From an uncultured Clostridia bacterium (GTDB lineage: Bacteria; Bacillota; Clostridia; TANB77; CAG-508), in contig CALXPY010000002.1 in NCBI GenBank assembly GCA_944390395.1, forward strand, positions 1 to 63,419: a stretch of DNA of 63,419 bases, written 5' to 3'. Below the pieces are notes generated by a model, which was not told the origin of the DNA, did not search any database, and was given only the letters and a program-made list of their open reading frames with translations. Both the position numbers and the translations under genes were made by a program. This document shows positions 1 through 11,074 of the stretch, piece after piece. The number at the start of each line of letters is the position of its first letter. Positions within the stretch are counted from its first letter, which is position 1.

Positions 1-104
1 GTAAAAACAAAAATATAAAACGAGATGTAAACAACACTTTTTAGAAAAAAGTTGTTGCATTGGCAACGAAAATTTTGCATAACAGCCAATTTGCATAAAA
101 TGAT

Positions 105-143
105 AAGAAACTAGTTGACAACTAGTTTCTTTTAGTATATAAT
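105..143 (+). promoter_or_regulatory. Consensus sigma-A-type promoter of the S10 operon; the -35 sits in the loop region of a perfect 11-bp inverted repeat
   Basis: TTGACA 115-120, 17-nt spacer, TATAAT 138-143. Arms AAGAAACTAGT 105-115 and ACTAGTTTCTT 121-131 followed by TT could also be the terminator hairpin of the upstream gene. Confidence 0.6.
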
Positions 144-372
144 TATATAGCATGTATTTGGCGATGAAGTAAGATGTGGCTACAATTATATTTTTATGTA
201 ATTGGAGGGAACTCTTATGGAGTATGTCGTGGCATAGACCAGGCGGTAAGTTTTTAATAAGCACTTATCCAAGATTTTCATGCGACTTGGATTTTTATAT
301 GGATAAAAAAGAAACACCAGGGTGCGTTATAACTTCCGACCATTTATTTAAATATAAGAGGAGGGAAATTTA

Positions 373-705
373 ATGGCAACAAAGAAAGGAAATGCGGTAG
401 CAAGCGAAAAAATTAGAATAAGACTAAAAGCTTACGATCATGTGGTTTTAGAACAGTCTGCTGAAATTATAGTAGATACTGCTAAAAAAACAGGAGCAAA
501 GGTTTCAGGTCCTATTCCACTACCAACAGAAAAGGAAATTATAACAATTTTACGTTCTCCACATAAACATAAAGATTCTAGAGAACAATTTGAAATGAGA
601 ACACATAAAAGAGTTATAGACATTCTTTACCCAACACAAAAAACAGTTGATAGTCTTATGAAAATAGATTTACCAGCTGGTGTTGATATAGAAATCAAAT
701 TATAA
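373..705 (+). CDS. rpsJ: 30S ribosomal protein S10
   Basis: [11 protein letters not shown]...GPIPLPT...[19 protein letters not shown]; AGGAGG SD upstream; first gene of S10 operon. Confidence 0.97.
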   Translation: MATKKGNAVASEKIRIRLKAYDHVVLEQSAEIIVDTAKKTGAKVSGPIPLPTEKEIITILRSPHKHKDSREQFEMRTHKRVIDILYPTQKTVDSLMKIDLPAGVDIEIKL

Positions 706-808
706 TTAAAATACAAAAACGAGTGTTGCAAAAGCAAGACGAAGTTTTTCATTAATTTAATAAACCAAGCTGATAAAAATATCAGCCAATAGTTAGGAGG
801 AAATAATA

Positions 809-1441
809 ATGAAAAAAGGTTTAGTGGGAAAAAAAGTTGGAATGACACAAGTTTTTAATGAAGAAGGAAAAGTTATTCCAGTAACAGTTATAGAAGTAGG
901 TTCTAATGTAGTAGTACAATTAAAAACTACAGAAACAGACGGATATAATGCAGTGCAATTAGGTTTTGGAGAAGTTAAAGAAAAAAGAGTAAATAAACCA
1001 GAAAAAGGACATTTCGCAAAAGCTAATGTAGCACCAAAAAAACATTTAAGAGAATTTAGATTAGATTCTTTAGAAAATATCAATGTTGGAGATGAACTTA
1101 AAGCAGATGTTTTTGAAGCAGGAGAAAAAATAGATGTTCAAGGCACAACAAAAGGAAAAGGATTCCAAGGTGTTATTAAACGTCATGGACAACATAGAGG
1201 ACCAATGGGACATGGATCTATGTATCATAGAAGACCAGGTTCAATGGGACCAACATCTACACCAGGTAGAGTTTTCAAAGGTAAAAAATTACCAGGTCAT
1301 ACAGGACATGAAACAGTAACAATTCAAGGACTAGAAATTGTTAAGGTGGATTTAGATAAAAACGTAATATTAGTAAAAGGTAGTGTACCAGGACCAAAAG
1401 GTGCAATACTAAAATTAAAATCAAGTGTTAAACAAAAATAA
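809..1441 (+). CDS. rplC: 50S ribosomal protein L3
   Basis: [10 protein letters not shown]...[14 protein letters not shown]; SD AGGAGG; operon order. Confidence 0.97.
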   Translation: MKKGLVGKKVGMTQVFNEEGKVIPVTVIEVGSNVVVQLKTTETDGYNAVQLGFGEVKEKRVNKPEKGHFAKANVAPKKHLREFRLDSLENINVGDELKADVFEAGEKIDVQGTTKGKGFQGVIKRHGQHRGPMGHGSMYHRRPGSMGPTSTPGRVFKGKKLPGHTGHETVTIQGLEIVKVDLDKNVILVKGSVPGPKGAILKLKSSVKQK

Positions 1442-1457
1442 TAAGGAGGGGAAATAA

Positions 1458-2081
1458 ATGCCTAAAATAGACGTATATGATATAGAAGGTAAAAAAGTTA
1501 AAACTTTAGAGCTTAATGAAGAAATATTTGGTATTGAACCAAATGAAGCAGTAGTACATAGTGTTTTAGTTAACTACCTTGCTAATCAAAGACAAGGAAC
1601 ACAAAGTACAAAAACAAGAAGCGAAGTTTCTGGTGGTGGAAAGAAACCATGGAGACAAAAAGGTACAGGTAGAGCAAGACAAGGAAGTATAAGAGCACCA
1701 CAATGGGTGGGCGGAGGTATCGCATTAGGACCAAAACCACGTTCTTATAAATATACTGTTAATAAAAAAGAAAGAAGATTAGCTATTAAATCAATGCTAA
1801 GTTCAAAAGTATTAGAAAATGAATTAGTAGTTGTAGATAGCTTACCATTAAAAGAAATAAAGACAAAAGAAATGGTTAAAGCATTAAACAACTTAAAAGT
1901 AGAAGGAAAAACTTTAATACTTTTACCAGAAAAGAATGAGATAGTACAAAAATCAGCAAGAAATATTGAAGGAGTTAAAACATTATTAGTAAACACAATT
2001 AATGTTTATGACTTATTAAAATACAAAAATCTTGTTGTAACTGTAGATACAGTTAAGAAATTAGAGGAGGTGTACGCTTAA
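1458..2081 (+). CDS. rplD: 50S ribosomal protein L4
   Basis: [26 protein letters not shown] motif; SD AGGAGG. Confidence 0.97.
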   Translation: MPKIDVYDIEGKKVKTLELNEEIFGIEPNEAVVHSVLVNYLANQRQGTQSTKTRSEVSGGGKKPWRQKGTGRARQGSIRAPQWVGGGIALGPKPRSYKYTVNKKERRLAIKSMLSSKVLENELVVVDSLPLKEIKTKEMVKALNNLKVEGKTLILLPEKNEIVQKSARNIEGVKTLLVNTINVYDLLKYKNLVVTVDTVKKLEEVYA

Positions 2082-2428
2082 TGAGACCAGAAGATATAAT
2101 ATTAGCACCAATTATTACTGAAAAAAGTAATGATTTATTACAAGAAGGAAAGTATACCTTTAAAGTAAATAAAAAAGCAACAAAAATAGATATTAGAAAT
2201 GCAGTAGAAAAACTTTTTGAAGTAAAAGTTTTAGATGTAACTACAATATCTGTTAAAGGAAAAGAAAAAAGAGTAGGAAGAAATGTTGGAAAAACTTCAG
2301 ATTGGAAAAAAGCTATAGTAACTATAGATACAAATCCAGCAGAAAAGAAATATATGGCAAAAGGCGGAAAAGAAGTAAAAGTTTCTAAGAAATATAAAGA
2401 CAGTATTGAACACTTTATGGGTGCATAG
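2081..2428 (+). CDS. rplW: 50S ribosomal protein L23 (with a roughly 18-aa insertion before the C-terminal SIEHF)
   Basis: [10 protein letters not shown]...[24 protein letters not shown]; start overlaps the rplD stop (ATGA). Confidence 0.95.
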   Translation: MRPEDIILAPIITEKSNDLLQEGKYTFKVNKKATKIDIRNAVEKLFEVKVLDVTTISVKGKEKRVGRNVGKTSDWKKAIVTIDTNPAEKKYMAKGGKEVKVSKKYKDSIEHFMGA

Positions 2429-2639
2429 ACTGAGAAATAACTCAGATAACAAATTTTATCTGCATACGGAGCAGGAAAAAATCCGTAAATATAAACAAAG
2501 AAAGAGAGGGAGAAATTTTCAAAAACGAGTATTACTAGGCAAACGAAAAAATATTGATGAGACTATACTATTGTATGTCGAAAAAATATTTTTGAGTTTA
2601 ACGACGTAGGACGAAGTTTTTCAAAATTTCGTAATAACA

Positions 2640-3467
2640 ATGGGAATGAAACATTTTAAAGCATATACACCATCAAGAAGAAATATGACTGTTTCTACAT
2701 TTGAAGAAATTACAAAAAAGACACCTGAAAAATCTTTACTTACAACAAAAAAGAAAAAATCAGGAAGAAATTCTTATGGTAGAATTACAGTAAGACATCA
2801 TGGTGGAGGAAACAGACAAAAATATAGAATAATTGATTTTAAAAGAAATAAAGATAATGTATATGCAACAGTAATAGGAATTGAATATGATCCAAATAGA
2901 AGTGCAAATATAGCTTTAATTGAATACGAAGATGGAGAAAAAGCTTATATATTAGCACCACAAGGATTAAAAGATGGAGATAAAGTAATATCTGGAGATT
3001 CAGCAGATATTAAACCAGGAAATTGTATGAAAATTGAAAATATACCAGTAGGTACTATGATTCATAATATAGAATTAAATCCTGGTCAAGGTGGTAAATT
3101 AGTAAGAGCAGCTGGTCAAGAAGCTCAATTAATGGCTAAAGAAGGTAAGTATGCTCACGTAAGATTACCATCAGGAGAAATGAGATTAGTTATGTCTGTA
3201 TGTAGAGCTACAATAGGAACAATAGGAAATTCAGATCATGAAAATGTTAATCTTGGTAAAGCAGGAAGAACAAGACATAAAGGTATAAGACCAACAGTTA
3301 GAGGTTCTGCAATGAACCCAGTAGATCACCCACATGGTGGTGGTGAAGGAAAAGCACCAGTAGGACACGCAGGTCCATTAACACCATGGGGCAAACCAGC
3401 ATTAGGATATAAGACAAGAAAGAAAAATCATAGAACAGATAAATTTATAGTTAAGAGAAGAAAATAA
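2640..3467 (+). CDS. rplB: 50S ribosomal protein L2
   Basis: [16 protein letters not shown]...[13 protein letters not shown]; in-frame stop at 2634 prevents upstream extension; no obvious SD. Confidence 0.96.
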   Translation: MGMKHFKAYTPSRRNMTVSTFEEITKKTPEKSLLTTKKKKSGRNSYGRITVRHHGGGNRQKYRIIDFKRNKDNVYATVIGIEYDPNRSANIALIEYEDGEKAYILAPQGLKDGDKVISGDSADIKPGNCMKIENIPVGTMIHNIELNPGQGGKLVRAAGQEAQLMAKEGKYAHVRLPSGEMRLVMSVCRATIGTIGNSDHENVNLGKAGRTRHKGIRPTVRGSAMNPVDHPHGGGEGKAPVGHAGPLTPWGKPALGYKTRKKNHRTDKFIVKRRK

Positions 3468-3509
3468 TAATCAAGTCTAAAATTGACTTTGAGAGGAGGA
3501 AAGAAAATA

Positions 3510-3788
3510 ATGTCTAGATCAAGCAAAAAAGCTCCATTTGTTGCTCCTGAATTAATGAAAAGAATAGAAGCAATGAATGAAAGTGGAAAAAAGGACGTAT
3601 TAAAAACATGGTCAAGAGCTTCTACTATTTATCCACAAATGGTTGGACACACAATAGCTGTTCATGATGGTAGAAAACATGTACCAATTTATATAACAGA
3701 AGAAATGATAGGACATAAATTAGGTGAATTTGCACCAACTAGAACTTTTAAAGGACATTCTGGAGATAAAACAACAACAAATAAATAA
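3510..3788 (+). CDS. rpsS: 30S ribosomal protein S19
   Basis: [33 protein letters not shown]; ATG 3510 behind GAGGAGGA (the track ORF starts at an upstream TTG). Confidence 0.96.
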   Translation: MSRSSKKAPFVAPELMKRIEAMNESGKKDVLKTWSRASTIYPQMVGHTIAVHDGRKHVPIYITEEMIGHKLGEFAPTRTFKGHSGDKTTTNK

Positions 3789-3804
3789 AAAGGAGGATTT
3801 TAAC

Positions 3805-4176
3805 GTGGAAGGAAAGCAAGAAGTTCGTGAAGAAATTATTCCAAAAGCAGAAGCAACTCTAAAATTTGCTAGAATATCAAGTAGAAAAGTAAAAATTGTA
3901 GCAGATCTAATTAGAGGAAAAGATGTTGATGAAGCTTTAGCAATAGTAAAATTTGCACCAAAAGCTTCAGCAGAAATTTTGGAAAAATTATTAAAATCTG
4001 CAATTGCGAATGCAGAAAACAACCATAACATGAAACATGAAAAACTATATGTTGACCAAATATATGCAAATCAAGGTCCAACATTAAAGAGAATTAGACC
4101 AGCTGCAAAAGGTTCAGCTGTTAGAATTAGAAAAAGAACAAGTCATATAACAATAGTATTAAAAGAGAGAGAATAG
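3805..4176 (+). CDS. rplV: 50S ribosomal protein L22
   Basis: [24 protein letters not shown]; GTG 3805 behind AAGGAGGA; the longer ORF from 3724 overlaps rpsS and is not used. Confidence 0.93.
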   Translation: MEGKQEVREEIIPKAEATLKFARISSRKVKIVADLIRGKDVDEALAIVKFAPKASAEILEKLLKSAIANAENNHNMKHEKLYVDQIYANQGPTLKRIRPAAKGSAVRIRKRTSHITIVLKERE

Positions 4177-4195
4177 GAAAGGAGGAGTTTACAAA

Positions 4196-4858
4196 ATGGG
4201 ACAAAAAATGAATCCAAATGGATTAAGAGTAGGTGTAATTAACGACTGGAGCTCTAAATGGTATGCAGATTCTAAGCATTTTGGAGATTATCTAGTAGAA
4301 GATCATAAAATTCGTGTATATGTTAAGAAAAAATTATATGCTGCTGGAATTTCTAAAATAGAAATTGAAAGAACACCTAAATTTGTTAAAATTAATGTTC
4401 ACGCAGCAAAGCCAGGTTTAGTAATAGGAAAAGGTGGTAATTTAGCAGAAACTTTAAAAGCTGAACTTGAAAAAATGATAAATAAATCTGTAAATTTAAA
4501 TATTATTGAGGTTAAAAATAGAAATTTAAATGCACAATTAGTTGCTGAAAATATAGCAGGACAATTGGAAAGAAGAATTTCTTTTAGAAGAGCAATGAAA
4601 CAATGTATGCAAGATACTATGAAATCAGGTGCATTAGGAATAAAAACTTCTGTATCTGGAAGATTAGGTGGTGCAGACATGGCAAGAACTGAATTTTATA
4701 AAGAGGGAACAATACCACTACAAACTTTAAGAGCAGATATAGATTACGGATTTGCAGAAGCAGATACAACTTATGGAAAAATAGGTGTTAAAGTTTGGAT
4801 ATATAAAGGAGAAGTTCTTCCAGCTAAAAAGAAAGTAGTGGAAGGAGGAGACAAATAA
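4196..4858 (+). CDS. rpsC: 30S ribosomal protein S3
   Basis: [12 protein letters not shown]..., KH-domain [15 protein letters not shown]. Confidence 0.97.
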   Translation: MGQKMNPNGLRVGVINDWSSKWYADSKHFGDYLVEDHKIRVYVKKKLYAAGISKIEIERTPKFVKINVHAAKPGLVIGKGGNLAETLKAELEKMINKSVNLNIIEVKNRNLNAQLVAENIAGQLERRISFRRAMKQCMQDTMKSGALGIKTSVSGRLGGADMARTEFYKEGTIPLQTLRADIDYGFAEADTTYGKIGVKVWIYKGEVLPAKKKVVEGGDK

Positions 4859-5301
4859 TGCCATTAATGCCAAAAAGAACAAAATATAGAAAACAACAAA
4901 AAGGTAGAATTAGAGGAAAAGCAACAAGAGGAAATAGAGTAACAGATGGACAATATGGATTACAAGCTTTAGAATTAGGAATGATAACATCTAATCAAAT
5001 AGAAGCAGCCCGTGTTGCTATGACTCGTTATATAAAAAGAGGTGGAAAGGTTTGGATAAAAATCTTCCCTGATAAACCAATAACAAAGAAACCAGCTGAA
5101 ACTCGTATGGGTAAAGGTAAAGGTGCCGTAGAATACTGGGTAGCAGCTGTAAAACCAGGTAGAATAATGTTTGAACTTGCAGATGTAAGTGAAGAAACAG
5201 CAAGAGAAGCTTTAAGATTAGCTGCAAATAAACTATCTGTTAAGTGTAAATTTGTTAAAAAGGAAACTGAAATAGGTGGTGATAGTGATGAAGATAAATA
5301 A
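4858..5301 (+). CDS. rplP: 50S ribosomal protein L16
   Basis: [14 protein letters not shown]...ETRMGKGKG. Confidence 0.97.
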   Translation: MPLMPKRTKYRKQQKGRIRGKATRGNRVTDGQYGLQALELGMITSNQIEAARVAMTRYIKRGGKVWIKIFPDKPITKKPAETRMGKGKGAVEYWVAAVKPGRIMFELADVSEETAREALRLAANKLSVKCKFVKKETEIGGDSDEDK

Positions 5302-5488
5302 AATAAGAGAAATGTCTTCACCAGAACTAGAGAAAGAATTAGGAGAATTAAAATCAGAATTGTTTAAATTAAGATTTAGTTTAGCAACACATGGTTTAGA
5401 TAATCCTATGAAAATCAAAGAAGTTAAGAAAGACATTGCTAAAATAAAAACAATATTAAGAGAAAGAGAATTAAAAAAAGCAGAATAA
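5288..5488 (+). CDS. rpmC: 50S ribosomal protein L29
   Basis: [36 protein letters not shown]; ATG 5288 preferred over GTG 5276; overlaps rplP end. Confidence 0.93.
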   Translation: MKINKIREMSSPELEKELGELKSELFKLRFSLATHGLDNPMKIKEVKKDIAKIKTILRERELKKAE

Positions 5489-5510
5489 TTAAGAAAGGAG
5501 ATTAATCATA

Positions 5511-5774
5511 ATGGAAGAAAGAAATCTTCGTAAAGTCATGATTGGTACAGTAGTTTCTGATAAAATGGACAAAACAGTTGTAGTAGCAGTAGAAACTAGC
5601 GAAATGAATAAAATGTATGGCAAAATTCAAAAGAAAACATACAAACTAAAAGCTCATGATGAGAAAAATGAATGCCATACTGGAGACAAAGTAAAAGTAA
5701 TGGAAACAAGACCTCTATCTAAAGATAAAAGATGGAGAGTAGTTGAAGTTTTAGAAAAGGCAATAGTAAAATAA
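5511..5774 (+). CDS. rpsQ: 30S ribosomal protein S17
   Basis: [19 protein letters not shown]...[13 protein letters not shown]. Confidence 0.97.
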   Translation: MEERNLRKVMIGTVVSDKMDKTVVVAVETSEMNKMYGKIQKKTYKLKAHDEKNECHTGDKVKVMETRPLSKDKRWRVVEVLEKAIVK

Positions 5775-5818
5775 GAAAATCACGATTTTTTAAAAAATGG
5801 TGAAGGGAGGAATTTAAA

Positions 5819-6187
5819 GTGGTACAACAACAAACAATATTAAAAGTAGCTGATAACACAGGTGCTAAAGAGATTATGTGCATTAGATGTTTAGGCGGAT
5901 CATATAGAAAGTACGCAAGAATAGGAGATGTAATAATCGCTTCTGTTAAAACAGCTACACCAGGTGGCGTTGTAAAAAAAGGTGATGTTGTAAAAGCTGT
6001 TGTAGTTAGAACAAAAAAACCTATAAGAAGAGCTGATGGTTCTTACTTAAGATTTGATGAAAATGCAGCTGTTATAATAAGAGATGATAAAACACCAAGA
6101 GGAACTCGTATATTTGGACCTGTAGCAAGAGAATTAAGAGAAAGAGATTATATGAAAATTCTTTCACTTGCTCCAGAAGTTTTATAG
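5819..6187 (+). CDS. rplN: 50S ribosomal protein L14
   Basis: [21 protein letters not shown]; GTG start behind GGGAGG. Confidence 0.97.
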   Translation: MVQQQTILKVADNTGAKEIMCIRCLGGSYRKYARIGDVIIASVKTATPGGVVKKGDVVKAVVVRTKKPIRRADGSYLRFDENAAVIIRDDKTPRGTRIFGPVARELRERDYMKILSLAPEVL

Positions 6188-6235
6188 AATGGTTAAATCT
6201 TAAAAGAATACAAAATAAAGAGGTGAAATTTGTAA

Positions 6236-6544
6236 ATGAAAATAAAAAAAGGTGATACAGTTAAAGTTTTGTCTGGAAATGATAAAGGTAAAACTGGAGA
6301 AGTTTTAGAAGTAATTCCTAAGACAGAAAAAGTAATTGTAAAAGGTGTTAATGTTAGAAAAAAACATGTTAAACCAAGAAAACAAGGTGAAGAGGGCGGA
6401 ATTATACCTGTAGAATGTGCAATACATAGCAGTAAAGTAAATGTAGTTTGCCCTAAATGCAACAAAGCAACAAGAGTTGGTTATTTAATAGAAAACGATA
6501 CTAAAGTACGTGTTTGCAAAAAATGTGGTGCAAAATTAAAATAA
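6236..6544 (+). CDS. rplX: 50S ribosomal protein L24 (Cys4 C-terminal form)
   Basis: KIKKGDTVKVLSGNDKGKTGEV; CPKC...CKKC in the C-terminus. Confidence 0.96.
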   Translation: MKIKKGDTVKVLSGNDKGKTGEVLEVIPKTEKVIVKGVNVRKKHVKPRKQGEEGGIIPVECAIHSSKVNVVCPKCNKATRVGYLIENDTKVRVCKKCGAKLK

Positions 6545-6575
6545 AGATGAGTAGGAAGGAGGTCTATGAAGACTA

Positions 6576-7115
6576 ATGGAAGTATTAAGAGAGCAATATG
6601 AAAAAGAAGTAATACCAGCATTAATGAAAAAATTCAATTATAAATCAGTTATGGAAGTTCCAAGACTAGAAAAAATAGTTATAAATATAGGTTTAGGTGA
6701 TACTAAGGAAAATCCTAAATCACTAGAAAATGCTGTGAATGATTTATCTATAATAACTGGTCAAAGACCAATTATTACTAAAGCTAAAAAAGCTATAGCA
6801 GCATTCAAAATAAGAGAAGGAATAAACATGGGATGCAAAGTTACATTAAGAAAAGGTAAAATGTATGATTTCGCATACAAACTATTTAATGTAGCTTTAC
6901 CAAGAGTTAGAGATTTTAGAGGTGTTTCAGCAAATTCTTTTGATGGAAGAGGAAACTATTCAATGGGTGTAAAAGAACAGTTGATATTCCCTGAAATAGA
7001 ATATGATAAAATCGATAAAATAAGAGGTATGGATATCATATTTGTAACAACTGCAAAGACAGACGAAGAAGCAAAAGAATTATTATCAGCTTTAGGAATG
7101 CCATTTAAAAATTAA
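6576..7115 (+). CDS. rplE: 50S ribosomal protein L5
   Basis: [13 protein letters not shown]...[20 protein letters not shown]. Confidence 0.97.
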   Translation: MEVLREQYEKEVIPALMKKFNYKSVMEVPRLEKIVINIGLGDTKENPKSLENAVNDLSIITGQRPIITKAKKAIAAFKIREGINMGCKVTLRKGKMYDFAYKLFNVALPRVRDFRGVSANSFDGRGNYSMGVKEQLIFPEIEYDKIDKIRGMDIIFVTTAKTDEEAKELLSALGMPFKN

Positions 7116-7155
7116 AACTTTAGGTTAGAAAATATGCCAAAAGAAAGGAGAAATT

Positions 7156-7341
7156 ATGGCTAAGAAATCTTTAAAAGTAAAACAACAAAGAGCGCAAAAA
7201 TATAAAACAAGAGAATATAATAGATGCAAAATATGTGGAAGACCACATGCGTATATTAGAAAATTTGGAATTTGCCGTGTTTGCTTTAGAGAATTAGCTC
7301 ATAAAGGAGAAATCCCAGGAGTTAAGAAAGCAAGCTGGTAG
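7156..7341 (+). CDS. rpsN: 30S ribosomal protein S14 type Z (zinc form)
   Basis: 61 aa, [25 protein letters not shown]. Confidence 0.96.
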   Translation: MAKKSLKVKQQRAQKYKTREYNRCKICGRPHAYIRKFGICRVCFRELAHKGEIPGVKKASW

Positions 7342-7361
7342 AAAAAAGGAGGGAAATTAAA

Positions 7362-7760
7362 TTGAATATAACAGATCCAATAGCAGATATGTTAACAAGA
7401 ATAAGAAATGCAAATAGTTCAAAACATAAAACTGTAGATATTCCATCTTCAAAAATGAAATTATCAATAGCTAATATATTATTTAAAGAGGGATATATTG
7501 CAGCTTTTGAAGAAATAGAAGACAATAGCCAAGGAATTATAAGAATTACATTAAAATATGATGAAAAAGGTGCTAGAGTAATTGATGGTTTAAGAAGAAT
7601 AAGCAAACCAGGATTAAGAGTATATGCATCTAAAGACGAATTACCACAAGTTCTAAATGGATTAGGAATAGCTCTTATTTCTACTTCTAAAGGTATAAAA
7701 ACTGATAGAGAAGCTAGAAAAGAAGGACTTGGTGGAGAAGTATTAGCTTACGTTTGGTAA
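7362..7760 (+). CDS. rpsH: 30S ribosomal protein S8
   Basis: [13 protein letters not shown]...; TTG start behind GGAGGG. Confidence 0.96.
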   Translation: MNITDPIADMLTRIRNANSSKHKTVDIPSSKMKLSIANILFKEGYIAAFEEIEDNSQGIIRITLKYDEKGARVIDGLRRISKPGLRVYASKDELPQVLNGLGIALISTSKGIKTDREARKEGLGGEVLAYVW

Positions 7761-7790
7761 TTATAAATTAACTAAAAAGGAGGGAAAAAA

Positions 7791-8327
7791 ATGTCAAGAA
7801 TAGGCAATAAAGCAATTACAGTTCCAGAAGGTGTTGAAGTTAAAATAGATGGACATCATATAACAGTAAAAGGACCAAAAGGAACATTAGAAAGAGATCT
7901 AAATAAAAACATGGAAATTTCTTTAGAAAATAATGTTATTACTGTAAAAAGACCAAATGATGATCCAGCAAACAGAAGCCTACATGGATTAACAAGAACA
8001 TTAATAAACAACATGATTATAGGTGTTGTTAATGAATATAAAAGAGAATTAGAAATAAATGGTGTTGGATACAGAGCACAGAAAAAAGGAAATAAACTAG
8101 TAATGAATTTAGGTTATTCTCATACAGTAGAAATGGATCCTCCAGCAGGAATTACTTTTGATTTGCCAGATGCTAACCATATTACAGTTAGAGGAATAGA
8201 CAAAGAATTAGTTGGTCAAACAGCTGCAGTTATTAGAACAAAAAGACCACCAGAAGTATATAGAGGCAAGGGTATTAAGTATGCTGAAGAACATATTAGA
8301 CGTAAAGAAGGAAAAACAGGTAAATAG
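7791..8327 (+). CDS. rplF: 50S ribosomal protein L6
   Basis: SRIGNKAITVPEGVEVKIDG...PEVYRGKGIKY. Confidence 0.97.
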   Translation: MSRIGNKAITVPEGVEVKIDGHHITVKGPKGTLERDLNKNMEISLENNVITVKRPNDDPANRSLHGLTRTLINNMIIGVVNEYKRELEINGVGYRAQKKGNKLVMNLGYSHTVEMDPPAGITFDLPDANHITVRGIDKELVGQTAAVIRTKRPPEVYRGKGIKYAEEHIRRKEGKTGK

Positions 8328-8353
8328 AATTTGTAGATAGAAAGGAGTAAGAC

Positions 8354-8713
8354 ATGATTACTAAGATAAACAGAAAAGAGCAAAGAGAAAGAAGACATTT
8401 AAGAGTTCGTAGAAAAATATCTGGTACAGCAGAACGTCCAAGATTATGTGTATATAGAAGTAATAGCAACTTATATGTACAAATAATAGATGATGTTGCT
8501 GGAAATACTTTAGTTCAAGCTTCTACATTAGATAAAGAAGTAAAAACAAAGCATGCAAATAAAGAAGCTGCTAAAGAAGTTGGAAAATTAGTAGCTAAGA
8601 GAGCAATTGAAAAAAATATTAAATCTGTAGTTTTCGACAGAGGCGGATATATATATCATGGAGTTGTTAAAGAATTAGCTGAATCAGCAAGAGAAGGCGG
8701 ATTAGAGTTTTAG
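8354..8713 (+). CDS. rplR: 50S ribosomal protein L18
   Basis: [20 protein letters not shown]...[26 protein letters not shown]. Confidence 0.97.
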   Translation: MITKINRKEQRERRHLRVRRKISGTAERPRLCVYRSNSNLYVQIIDDVAGNTLVQASTLDKEVKTKHANKEAAKEVGKLVAKRAIEKNIKSVVFDRGGYIYHGVVKELAESAREGGLEF

Positions 8714-8740
8714 AAAAACTAAAAAGGAGGGAAAAATAAA

Positions 8741-9235
8741 GTGCAAGCAGAAAAAACATCAGAATTAAAAGAAAAAGTTGTAGCAATTAACAGAGTTGCT
8801 AAAGTTGTAAAAGGTGGTAGAACTTTTAGATTTAGTGCTGTTGTGGTTGTTGGTGATGAAAATGGACACATTGGTGTAGGTAATGGTAAAGCAGCAGAAG
8901 TGCCAGATGCTATAAAGAAGGCAATTCAAGAAGCTAAAAAGAATTTAATAGAAGTTCCTGTAGTAGGAACTACAATACCTCACGAATATGTTGGAAAATT
9001 TGGAAGTGCTAATGTAATATTAAAACCAGCTGAAGAAGGTACTGGAGTTATCGCTGGTGGTAGTGTTAGACCTGTTTTAGAGTTAGCAGGATATAAAGAC
9101 ATTAGAACAAAAGTTATTGGAACAAATAACCCAAGAAACGTTGTATATGCTACAATTGAAGGTTTAAAGAAAATGAAAACAGCAGAGCAAATAGCTAAAA
9201 AAAGAGGTAAAACTGTAGCAGAAATATTAGGATAG
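8741..9235 (+). CDS. rpsE: 30S ribosomal protein S5
   Basis: [27 protein letters not shown]; GTG start behind GGAGGG. Confidence 0.97.
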   Translation: MQAEKTSELKEKVVAINRVAKVVKGGRTFRFSAVVVVGDENGHIGVGNGKAAEVPDAIKKAIQEAKKNLIEVPVVGTTIPHEYVGKFGSANVILKPAEEGTGVIAGGSVRPVLELAGYKDIRTKVIGTNNPRNVVYATIEGLKKMKTAEQIAKKRGKTVAEILG

Positions 9236-9251
9236 GAGGTGTAATTGCAAA

Positions 9252-9686
9252 ATGAATTTAGACGAATTAAAACCAGCACAAAAAGCACAAGTAAGAAGAA
9301 GAGTGGGTCGTGGAGTAGGTTCAGGTCTTGGAAAAACTTCTGGAAAAGGTCACAAAGGTCAAAAAGCTAGATCAGGTGGCGGAGTAAGAAGAGGTTTTGA
9401 AGGAGGTCAAACTCCATTATATAGAAGATTACCAAAAAGAGGATTTACAAATATACATGCAAATAATTACACAGAGGTAACTTTAACAATGTTAAATAAA
9501 TCTAGCAAAGAAGAAGTTACAGCTGAAACTTTATTAGAAGATGGTATAATCAGTAAAATAAATGATGGTATAGTTATACTTGCTACTGGTAATTTAGAAA
9601 AAAAATTAACAGTAAAAGCAAAAAGATTTACTAAAGCAGCAAAAGAAAAAATTGAAGCTTTAGGAGGAAAGGCTGAGGTGATTTAA
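9252..9686 (+). CDS. rplO: 50S ribosomal protein L15
   Basis: [25 protein letters not shown]; follows rpsE after only 16 nt, so there is no room for rpmD. Confidence 0.97.
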   Translation: MNLDELKPAQKAQVRRRVGRGVGSGLGKTSGKGHKGQKARSGGGVRRGFEGGQTPLYRRLPKRGFTNIHANNYTEVTLTMLNKSSKEEVTAETLLEDGIISKINDGIVILATGNLEKKLTVKAKRFTKAAKEKIEALGGKAEVI

Positions 9687-11011
9687 TGTTTAAAACATTA
9701 AAAAATGCATTAAAAACACCAGACGTTAGAAAAAAGATATTATATACTTTATTATTAATAGTTATATTTAGATTAGGCTGTTTTATTACTATTCCTGGAG
9801 TAGATACATTTGCATTAAATGAAACAATGAATTCTGCAACTAATGGAATGGCTGGACTTATAGATATGATATCTGGAGGTGCATTCTCTAGATTATCAAT
9901 TTTTGCAATGTCAATAAGTCCTTACATAACAGCATCAATAGTAATACAATTACTAGCCTTAGTTATACCTGCTTTAGAAAGATTAACTAAAGAAGGTGGA
10001 GAAGAAGGCAGAGCTAAACTTAATAGATATACTAAGTTATTAACAGTACTTTTAGCATTGATAGAGGGTATTGGAATCTATCTATCTTACAGAAGTACAG
10101 GTATATTTATAGGTGATGGATTTGTAACAGGATTTACTGTTGTAATTTCATTAATGGCAGGTACTGCACTTTTAATGTGGCTTGGAGAGCAAATAACAAC
10201 AAAAGGAATAGGAAATGGTATTTCTATGATTATATTTGTTGGTATTATCTCTGGTTTACCAGGTGCAGTAACAATGATATGGGATTTAATAATGGGAACA
10301 GGAGCATTTAGCACAACTGGATTATTAACATCATTAGGAATTATAATTGGAGCAATACTTTTAATAGCAGGAGTTGTATTTGTACAACAAGCAGAAAGAA
10401 GAATTCCTGTACAATATGCTAAAAAAGTGGTTGGAAGAAAAATGGTAGGAGCACAAAATACACATATACCATTAAAACTTGCAATGGCAGGCGTTATGCC
10501 AATAATTTTTGCTTCATCATTTATGACTTTCCCTGCAATGATAATTCAAATGTTTATACCAGATATAGCAACTCAAACAGGATTTTGGGCAACTATATAT
10601 AATTTTTCTATAGCTACATCATCATCAAATGTGGCTGTAGGATATACAATCGCTAATGCTATTGTTTACTTACTATTAATATTAGGATTTACATTTTTCT
10701 ATACTTATGCAACATTTAATCCAGCAGAAGTATCTAATAACATTAAGAGAAATGGTGGATTTATTCCAGGTATTAGAGCTGGAAAACCAACAACAGAGTA
10801 TTTATCAAGTGTTATGTCTAAATTACTTTGGTTTGGAGGTTTATTCTTAGCAATCATAGCTATATTACCTATGCTTGTTAGATTTATTCCAAATGTAAAT
10901 TTAGCTTTTGGTGGTACTTCAATATTAATCGTAGTTGGTGTTGCAATAGAAACAATGCAACAATTAGAATCACAATTAGTAATGAGACACTACAAAGGAT
11001 TCTTAGAATAA
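9686..11011 (+). CDS. secY: Preprotein translocase subunit SecY
   Basis: 441 aa, about 10 hydrophobic segments, ...GEQITTKGIGNGISMIIF...; canonical spc-operon position. Confidence 0.96.
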   Translation: MFKTLKNALKTPDVRKKILYTLLLIVIFRLGCFITIPGVDTFALNETMNSATNGMAGLIDMISGGAFSRLSIFAMSISPYITASIVIQLLALVIPALERLTKEGGEEGRAKLNRYTKLLTVLLALIEGIGIYLSYRSTGIFIGDGFVTGFTVVISLMAGTALLMWLGEQITTKGIGNGISMIIFVGIISGLPGAVTMIWDLIMGTGAFSTTGLLTSLGIIIGAILLIAGVVFVQQAERRIPVQYAKKVVGRKMVGAQNTHIPLKLAMAGVMPIIFASSFMTFPAMIIQMFIPDIATQTGFWATIYNFSIATSSSNVAVGYTIANAIVYLLLILGFTFFYTYATFNPAEVSNNIKRNGGFIPGIRAGKPTTEYLSSVMSKLLWFGGLFLAIIAILPMLVRFIPNVNLAFGGTSILIVVGVAIETMQQLESQLVMRHYKGFLE

Positions 11012-11074
11012 AAATTTTAGGACGGTTATTTAATGTATACACCGTCCCAAATTTTCGTTAAATGGGAGGAAATA

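Noticed and set aside
176-373. 65-aa ORF within the rpsJ leader
   Set aside because: Non-ATG start, no SD, and it ends exactly at the rpsJ start. More parsimonious as part of a structured 5' leader.
2406-2609. 67-aa, very basic ORF filling most of the rplW-rplB spacer
   Set aside because: It starts at a TTG inside rplW with no SD. Its composition is what an A-rich spacer gives in any frame (K/R-rich). No recognisable motif. I treat the region as non-coding RNA or spacer instead.
6400-6544. CxxC...CxxC motif in L24 as a novelty
   Set aside because: From memory, a Cys4 C-terminal form of L24 also occurs in other Clostridia. It fits the zinc-type S14 and L36 here and is not unusual.
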